From Paraspadella gotoi (lineage: Eukaryota; Animalia; Chaetognatha), in contig CM119264.1 in NCBI GenBank assembly GCA_051294375.1, positions 25,916,450-25,980,449 of the forward strand: a stretch of DNA of 64,000 nucleotides. Direction: 5' to 3'. The translations under genes were made by a program, and so were the position numbers. Of the stretch, positions 55,217 through 64,000 are shown piece by piece (position 1 is the first letter of the stretch; each line of letters opens with the position of its first letter). The notes below the pieces were generated by a model. That model did not search any database. It worked only from the letters and a program-made list of their open reading frames with translations, and had not been told where the DNA came from.

Positions 55217-55870
55217 TTCAGTACTTCGTAGTTTTCTTCGTTTGCGTCGCGGATTGGTTTAATGTTTCTATCTCTATTTTCATTACCCCCCCCCCCCCAC
55301 CAACCCGCCAGAACTTGACTCCGGGTTTGACGTCCATGACCCACAAAATCGACGAGCGCGAAAAGGAGCTGACGCCCACCGGGTACACGGAGAGCTCCTG
55401 TTGGCGGTCGCTGGAGCAGGTCAAGAACCTCACCCCGATATTCTTGTCTCCTCAAATCAAAGATTTTCGTCGCCACCAAAATACAGGGTGAGGAAATTAA
55501 AATTATTCTTGTTTGGTTACAGAGAAAATCAAAAAAAGCTAAATTGACCACTTTTGATTGTTTGTTCTTGTTGGGTTTCATTGTGGTGGTCAGTCGTTTT
55601 GTTATTGTGGTTGTGGTTTTGTTATGTCTTTAATGCCTGTTGTTTGTTTTCGTCGACGTCGTTGGCCAAACACTTATTTTTCTTGGTGTCAGGGGAATAC
55701 TACGTCTGCAAAAAATTCAATTAGAATTTTAACAATTTTTGTGTTGACGTATTATTTCTCCTTTGAAATATGAATATAAATGTAATTATCCCAATTTTAA
55801 GACTTAATATATCTCCTCTCTTTGTCTCTCTCTCTTCTCTCTCTCTTCTCTCTCACTCTCTCTCTCTGCT

Positions 55871-55901
<31 letters not shown>

Positions 55902-56902
55902 TATCTCTCTCTCATTCTCGTCTCTCTCATCTCTCTCTCTCTCTTCTCCATCTCTCTCTCTCATCTACTCTCTCTCTATCTCTCTCTCTTCTCCTCACAA
56001 CACACACAGGAAAATCCCGGTTCTGAACGAATGTCGCGAGAACCGAAATTTCGTAGGTGACGAAGATGATCGGCGGAAATTCACGAGATCATCGCGCGTT
56101 CTTCAGTTGACGACCTTCAATCAAGAAGAGGATTCGGGGCGACGGCGGTGGAGACGATATCTCTAGGTGGTTTTGGAAAAGCGGTGGTGTGGTGGAGGGT
56201 TGTGGTGTATGAAACTACGGAAGCGATGTGGTGGGCGTTTTAAAACGAAAGTGCCGTAAAGTGGTGAACCCCGCAGTGGCTTGTGGATTGAAAGCGAATA
56301 TGCGTATTGACTGATGGAACCATTGGAACGGAATGTTAATTGTCTGGTTCGAAAAAAATTACGTAGAAGCGAAATTGGTCCTCGAGACTCTGCGAGTATA
56401 AAAACGAATTGAAGAATAGATTTGGACAGCGGCGCGCGACCTGGCTGCGTNNNNNNNNNNNNNNNNNNNNNNNNNGGTACACGGAGAGCTCCTGTTGCGG
56501 TCGCTGGAGCAGGTCAAGAACCTCACCCCGATTCTTGTCTCCTCAATCAAGATTTTCGTCGCCACCAAAATACAGGGTGAGGAAATTAAAATTATTCTTG
56601 TTTGGATTACAGAGAAAATCAAAAAAGTAAATTGACCACTTTTGATTGTTTGTTCTTGTTGGTTTCATTGTGGTGGTCAGTCGTTTTGTTATTGTGGTTG
56701 TGGTTTTTGTTATGTCTTAATGCGCTTGTTGTTGTTTTCGTCGACGTCGTTGGCCAAACACTTATTTTTCTTGGTGTCAGGGAATACTACGTCTCAAAAA
56801 AATTCAATTAGAATTTTACAAATTTTTGTGTTGACGTATTATTTCTCCTTTGAAATATGAATATTAAATGTAATTATCCCAATTTAAGACTTAATATATC
56901 TC

Positions 56903-56943
<41 letters not shown>

Positions 56944-59449
56944 CACACACAGGAAATCCCGGTCTGAACGAATGTCGCGAGAACCGAAATTTCGTGGTGA
57001 CGAAGATGATGGCGGAAATTCACGAGATCATCCGCGTTCTTCAGTTGACGACCTTCAATCAAGAAGAGGATTGGGGCGACGGCGGTGGAGACGATATCTC
57101 TAGGTGGTTTGGAAAAGCGGTGGTGTGGTGGAGGGGTGGTTGGATGAAACCGGAAGCGATGTGTGGGCGTTTAAAACCGAAAGTGCCGTAAGGGTGAACC
57201 CGCAGTGGCTTGTGGATTGAAGCGAATATGGCGTATTGACTGATGGAACCATTGGAACGGAATGTAATGTGCTGGTTCGAAAAAAAATTACGTAGAAGCG
57301 AAATTGGTCTCGAGACTCTGGAGTATAAAACGAATTGAAGAATAGATTTGGAAGGGCGGCGACCTGGCTGCGTGGGAGGAAGGAAAGATTAAGTTAAATG
57401 TTCAAAAGGAAGCTTGAACATAAAGAAGTAATGCGAAAGAAGAAAAAAATAGTTTTGGTAAAGAGTTTATAACATTATTTGTCTTTTAAAGGCATGAAAA
57501 AACTCGGAGCTACGATCGACGCGAAAAATCAAAACTAAGTCACGATGCGTCGCGGCATGGCGATTGCACCCGTCGGGCGGGATTGGGGGAAAGGCCGTTT
57601 ACAGGTGAAAGGAAAATGAATAAAATAAATCTTCATAATTAGATACAAAAATACCTAAATAACTAAATAAATATATTAAATAAATGCACATGCAGAGAAT
57701 GGATAAAGATTGACAAGCAGGACACTTAAAGCAATGATTTATTTATGACACCCTGAGGGACGTGACTGAAATGAGATTCGATGAACGAAATACGTAACAG
57801 GATAGGCCTGGATAGGGATATGCCTAGATTGGATAGACTTGGATAGGGAACCAACTCAATGTATTAAGTTAACCGGATACTCGCGAACCTTCTTCGTGTC
57901 CCTCGGGCGCCGCTCTCCCCACGCACGTCGTAGAAAATCGACGCCGTGAAAAAGATCTGCGGCGGCGCGATTATGAGCGCCGCTCGGTTTCCGAGTCGCG
58001 TGGGAAAAAAAAATATCGCCGATGGGGAAACGAGATTCCATCTCATTGAGGATTTTCGATCGCGGATTGTGAGAGGAAGATAAGAATTTATCGAGGAAGG
58101 GATGACGATAAATTGAAGAGATTGAGCAGCGGGGAGGTGGGAAGGAAATGATGATGTGATGGGAAATTGGTGATGATAATTTATTTGGGAGGAAATAGGG
58201 AAGGCGGGAAGTTGATGATGATGTGTTGGAAAATTGTGAGGGTGGGAAGTGAATAACTTTCTAGGACGATGTGGGAAGTCGATGGGAGTATTTGGGAGAA
58301 AATAAAGAAGGCGGGAAGTTGATAATTATATTTGAGGAAGTGGGAAGGTTTGGAAGCGGATGTAGGATGAACCGAAGGAAGGTAGGAAGTTATTTCTGGT
58401 AGGAAATGGGGAGGAGGATGAGAGAAATTGTTTGCTGCATCGGGATTGAATTGAGAAGCAAAACGATTCCATTCGTTATAGAATTATAGGACGATGATGA
58501 ATGCGTGGGGTTCGTAACGATTTATCGGAGAAAAAAAAACGACTTTGCGTGGGGGAAATGGAAACTGGCGAAGCTGAGGAAAGTCCAACCGATTTGTCGG
58601 GAAAATCACAAAGAAGGAAAAAGTGAGGAAAATAAAACTGTGAATGTGAAACGATAAGAATTTATTGGAAACGAGTGAGGATTCACGCGCAGAGACGAAT
58701 AGCGGAAACTCGCAATAACCATTGTGGATTTTTCTTTCTCCCAAATCGTTTTCCTACCGTTTGTCAAAGGAAAAAAATATAATAAATATTTAAGAAAGCT
58801 GTTTATTTTATGGCCACTTCGAACGTTTAGATTTTTTTTTATAGTCTGCAGGCGATGGCAGATGTTTTTGTCTTTAAAGATTTTCATTTTTTCTCATTAT
58901 TATCTTTTCTATCTGCCTTTTTTTGCAGTATTTTAGACGAAGCTCGCCAAGTGTCGGAGCTATGTTCCGATCCGGCGCAGGGGGCCGCCATTTTGAAAGC
59001 CTGCGATGAGATCGAGGCGATGGCGGCGGGGCTCGTCGAACTTCGCTCTCAGGGAAAGGTCGGTATTAAAAGTTGAAAAATGACGGGCGCGCAGTTGGAC
59101 CGATGAAATGATTGGCAAATCGATTCATATTTTTCAATTACTACAGTTTAAAAAAAAATCATGACCACAAATATTAAATTTCGTAAAACTGCTACGAAAA
59201 AAATGCAAAATAAAGAAGAAAGACAGAGATCCTCCTTCCTCTTTTGTGGTCCTTTTATTTCAAAAAAGCTTTAAAAATGATATTTTTATATTTCTATTTT
59301 GGCTTGTACTAACAGAAAAATCTTTGTGGTAAGGAGATTTTCTTAGTTAAATTTTAATATTATATGATAGTTTTTTACTTTGGGAAATGACGCTGTATCT
59401 TGAGATTAGTCTTAGAGGGATAGTAGTATCGAATATATATATATATATA

Positions 59450-59491
<42 letters not shown>

Positions 59492-60517
59492 AATTTTATT
59501 CTTCTTAACTCTTTCTTTCTTCTGTCCCCACCTCTATTCCCAGGGTCACAGTCCCCAGGCGGTGGCGTTGGCTCGCGGTATCGGCCAAAAGCTCGACCAA
59601 CTCCAGACTCTGGTGAATCGAGGGATCGCGGCCACGGAGCGCGCTGGCGGAAGTCGCAAACCGGCGCCGACTGTCGCCGGAAAGGCCGAACAGGCGCTCA
59701 AGTGGCTCTCGGCGCCGGATGTTGACGACGGAGGACTGGGTGAGCGATAGGAGGGTTTGGAAGGATGGATGGATGGATGAGAAAAGGACAGAAAAGAAGA
59801 TAGAGATACCGAACTATGGAGAGACGGACTGAACGACAAACTCAGGGACTGACTGAAAAAAACTCACCGAAGGATAGACTCCCCGAGAGACAGACAGATA
59901 GACAGACTTACAAACCGAGAGATAGACAAACCGTTTGCAGATGTTTCCGTTTCATGAGAGCAGAAATCGATTTCGCTCCTCGTTAATCGAGATTCGCGAT
60001 CGATTCCATCGAGCGTGAAGAGTCTCATCAACCGTCGGATGGAATCGTCGTCACTTGGTCGTTATCGTCGCAAATCCGTCGACGCCTGCAATTCATTTTC
60101 TGGCGATTGCAATCAATTTTTAGCGCCGGCAATTAATATCTGGGGTCAGCGATCGTCTTCTGACAAACTAAATCGCTTTCCGTCACCTGTTATGGATTCG
60201 TAAATCGGGTTAAATCTCTCGTCAATCTTTTTTTTATCGTTGTGATCCGTACTGAATAGCGTCTGGATGTCGTTTTCATGTCGTTTTCATGAATAAATTA
60301 TAGAGTCAATCAGTCAATCTATCGTGCAATCGATCCACGAAGCACTCTATCAAAAAATACAACAGGTCTAATGGCGACGCGTCAAATCATCGACGAGGCA
60401 CGCCATCTCGCGGCGACGGTCTGCTCCGATCCCGCCTCCAAGCACGCCCTCGATCGGACTTGCGACGACCTCGAAAGAGTCACTTCTCAACTCGCCAACC
60501 TCGTCGCCGAGGGAAGG
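47241..60517 (+). CDS. VCL: vinculin, N-terminal head region; gene continues beyond the window
   Basis: Exons: 47241-47297 [19 protein letters not shown]; 51502-~51609 [24 protein letters not shown]; 53527-53646 [27 protein letters not shown]; 55012-~55118 [29 protein letters not shown]; 55312-55487 (clean 3' part in 56476-56576); 56953-57103 [10 protein letters not shown]; ~57492-57604 (noisy); 58929-59058; 59544-59739; 60366-60517. One expected exon is missing, probably in the gap at 52051-52566; several indel errors. Confidence 0.95.
52051..52566. other. largest assembly gap; others at 5935, 14410, 22004, 47707, 48198, 48502, 51749, 56451
   Basis: Runs of N. Confidence 0.99.
52570..53555. 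repeat. degenerate ~50-bp repeats resembling the 5' boundary of vinculin exon 53527, in both orientations
   Basis: Forward copies at 53166-53520 (CCAGGCA...ATGCCCAAGGATGATC-like) and inverted copies at 52570-52760. Confidence 0.65.
55382..57373 (+). repeat. ~1-kb tandem duplication across a 25-N gap (55382-56450 vs 56476-57373), probable assembly artefact
   Basis: Both copies carry the same two vinculin exon segments; copy 1 is full of insertions, copy 2 is in frame. Confidence 0.9.
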
Positions 60518-60813
60518 GTAAGTTCGGGGGAGGGTGAGTTTAAAAAGTGACATTGGTTAGGGTAAGATTTTGTTCGGATTAAGGTACGGAGTTTTAAGTT
60601 ACTTGTTTTTCACTCTCTTCTGACCAACCTTTATTTACGGATCGGTTTCCGACTGACCTTTATAAGCTGTTAAAGTTCAAGTTTTGACCACCCTTTACTT
60701 CGATAACAGGGCCTCTGAAGGATTTTCGCCCAGAAGGAAAAAAAAAGAACATCGAACCGCGAATTTAGTTAGATTAAATTCTCTCTCTCATCTCTCTTCT
60801 CTCTCTCTCTCTC

Positions 60814-60868
<55 letters not shown>

Positions 60869-61995
60869 CCAACCTCAATCAAGGCGATAAGAATCGAATA
60901 TTCAAAAGTATCAAAGAGCAAAGTGAACACGTGGAAATGCAGGAACGGATTTTTTTCCTTCACTTTAGAAATTCACTTTTTTTTTCTACCTTTCGAAATG
61001 AAAAGGAAAACATTCTGAGCAAACGTGTTTTCACTCCCACACTCACCGGGAACGCGGCGTCACTTTGATCCTCGGATAATCTCGGTGGAGCGTTCAAGGT
61101 TCCTTCGGGGTCGTTCGCGGGTCGTTCGCGGGTCATTTGGAGGTCATTGTCGGGTCATTAGCGAATCATTCGCTGGTCATTGGTGTGGATCGTCATTGAT
61201 TCATCTTCGGTGAATTCTAGGATTATTTTATTACAATTTAGACGTTCATTTCTTGGCCTTTGATTTAATGTTAAGTATTAAGGTTATAATTAAGTTCGGT
61301 TATTAAAGAACAAAATTTAGGCGCTTTTATAAAAGAGAGAGCTTATTTATTAAAAGATTATGTCGGGGCCTTATAAATAAATAAGAACTCCAAAGTGAGA
61401 AAATTATTTCAAGAAAAGAAATCATTCAAGATCATCGGCGCTTTATGTCAAGATGGCGCAAAATATTTTTCATTATGCAAAAACGCAAGCGCCAAAAAGA
61501 TGCCGTCTATGGTTTTTTATTTGTTTCTCGTTTTGAGTAGCGTCTTAATTTTTAATTCAAGGTGGCTTAGTGCGACTCATCCACCTTTCACCCCTATCCC
61601 CCCCCACCACTCTGCCACCTTTCCCCTTGCCACCTTTCTCCTCGCAAACGGGCATTTGGAGAATAGTAGCCGCGGCAAGGTGTGAATATCTCTCCAGAGT
61701 TCCGAGTTGTGTTAATATTTAAATAAATCGTCGGGATGATTTACAGACACCGAATCTTTTTTTAATTCGTGGACGAACGTTCACCTCAAAAAAAGAGCGC
61801 GTAAATTCATATCGTCGCCCCGCCCACTCTCTCTCTCTCTCTCTCTCTCTATATTTCAAAATGCATATTCGTCGCCCCTCCCCTTCGATCTCGGAAATCA
61901 CGAAATCCAGACACGCGACGAAACGATCAAAGGTCGCGAGAGAAAGAGAGAAGAAGAAGGTGAGAAGGAGAGAGAGAAGAGAGAGAGAAAGAGAG

Positions 61996-62068
<73 letters not shown>

Positions 62069-62072
62069 GAGA

Positions 62073-62103
<31 letters not shown>

Positions 62104-64000
62104 CCCGGCCATTTCTCACGTGCGCCGATTATACAACACGTGAAGCAATCACGGATTGTTTATTCTCGCAACGTGAAATTCGTTAAAAATTGTTTTTCAT
62201 TCCAGAATCATCGTCGTTGTTTAAATTGATCGCCGATATATATATTCATCTTTTTATCCCGCTTCTTCCATCCCGGAGCGTCTGGAGGAATTGGCACAAA
62301 TGAAATTAAGGAGAAGGAAATGGAGGGGGGTAAGAGGGGGGGGAAGGTTTCGTTGGCGGGAAGAAAAAGTTTCGAACGAGAATTCGAGTGGAAATTAATG
62401 TAGCGGGCGATGGACTCTACGTTTTCGTTGTTGTTGGTTGTATGTTGTTGTTTTCAAGTTTGTTTTTTTTTTTTACTGTTGTTTAGCATAGATTTTCGCT
62501 CATTTTTTTTACTCTTTGTTTTTTCAAGTGTTTTTGTATTGTAGATTTCTAAGGTCTCAGTGGTCCATTGTTTTTTAATTGTTCGTTTTTTCATGTTTGA
62601 TTTCCAAAGTTTTATTTTTTTTTTCCGTGGATTTTGTTCTTCTTTGTTTTTCCATCGAGTGAAGTAACAAAAAAAAAAAGCAGCAGGAAACGGCATTCCA
62701 AAATTTCAATTTAACGTTCGTGGGCGTTTTTCCTAAATTTAATTACGCAAACTTTCGTAAATTGAAAACGATTTTTGCGATTGATGAACGATGCATCTCC
62801 TCGCGCACCTGGGTAGGGAATTGGCTTTTGTTCCACTCCCACTTTTCCTCATTTTTTATTTTTTCGCTAAAAGCCATATTTATTAATTTTTTGGGGAAAA
62901 AAATTAATTAGTTGAAAAAAATATTTTTGAGAATTTTTACGATGAAAAAAAAAATTTCGGGTAGACAATTTTTATTTCAAAGAGATTTTTTTTTTGAAAG
63001 TAGCGTATATTTTTTACCTTTTAATATTGTCTTAGAGCAAATTCAAAAGGTTTTTATTTTACTTTACTTCTATATAATTATTTTTGAGATTAATTTCCTA
63101 CAATCTCCATTTTTCTTGATTTTTCTTTCTTACATATATAAATTATATAAATTAAATAAAAACAACTTCAATTTCTGCGTTTTCTTTCTTCTAACTCTCT
63201 CACTCTTATTCTCTCTCTCTTTTTACCTCTTCCTCTCTCCCTTCTCACTTATCCCTGCCTCTCTCTCTCTACATCTCTTTTCCCTCTTGTACTTCTCTTA
63301 TCAAGCCCTAAGGCGAATGAGGCAAGCAGATGATTAAAAGTTCCTCATTAAAAATTACACAGAAACAATGAAGTATTGTTAAGTTCTTTCCTGCGATCGA
63401 GGGCCCCCCATAGGATCCAGTTGATTATCGGCAAATTAAAGGTAGTTCTTAGTTGTTGCACAAAAATATATAAGTTGTTGCAAGGAAAAATAAAATGAAT
63501 AACAATCTTAATTTTTAGCTTAAATTTAGTAAAAATTTTCAATAATTTATTCTAAAAATATTAAAATGAGTACTCTTTTGAATAATCTGAATAATTTTAT
63601 TGTGATCAAAAGTTAACCGGACTTACGTATTTAACAAACAAGAGTTGGAGTTGGAGATCAGTCTCGCATCAGTAATACTGACTCAGTATTGTCTTTGAAA
63701 GTGTGAAATTAAAAGGGTCTTTAAGGACTGAATTTGTATTACCTACTCTTTTTCTATGCACCTACTTTTCCGAGTGAAGAGGAGAACTTTTGCTAAAATT
63801 TGGAGTCGAATTTCTAGATCGGAGAATATAAACAGGTCGACGTGGTACAGAACTCGGTGGGGGGTGCAGGGGGCGGAAGGGGGGAGCGAACGGGGGGGAT
63901 GTTCTTTTAAAATTTCGATCTTGAAAAAAACGAAGGAAATTTCAGAATCTTTTGTGATCGCCATTCTCCCTTCGAATTCGATTCGAAATTCGGCAGATTC

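Overview
Animal (metazoan) genomic DNA from an error-prone draft assembly: nine N-gaps, many homopolymer indels, two probable false duplications and dense (CT/GA)n microsatellites. Most tracked ORFs are low-complexity noise. Splicing by hand gives: a 9-exon type II PKA regulatory subunit with no visible D/D domain (+, 2365-6711); two small head-to-head orphan genes (an RKS/Q-repeat basic protein on -, a Cys/Pro-rich protein on +); a ~24 kb gene-poor region with recurring GGCGGC-N3-CTTTGAT (TCF + Helper-like) elements and a DR5, leading to a 2-exon Sp5/buttonhead gene (+, 34457-39192); an 8-exon neuropeptide precursor (-, 42004-44668); and the 5' part of vinculin (+, from 47241, continuing past the window). 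The precursor is the most novel item: it carries two divergent CCAP-like disulfide peptides (PFCSQYHGCL-amide, PFCSPYRGCI...) plus three related Q-x4-WP peptides I do not recognise. A ~300-bp circularly permuted repeat with hammerhead-like cores is also dispersed through the window. All gene models are manual and untested against transcripts; the species cannot be identified from the sequence.
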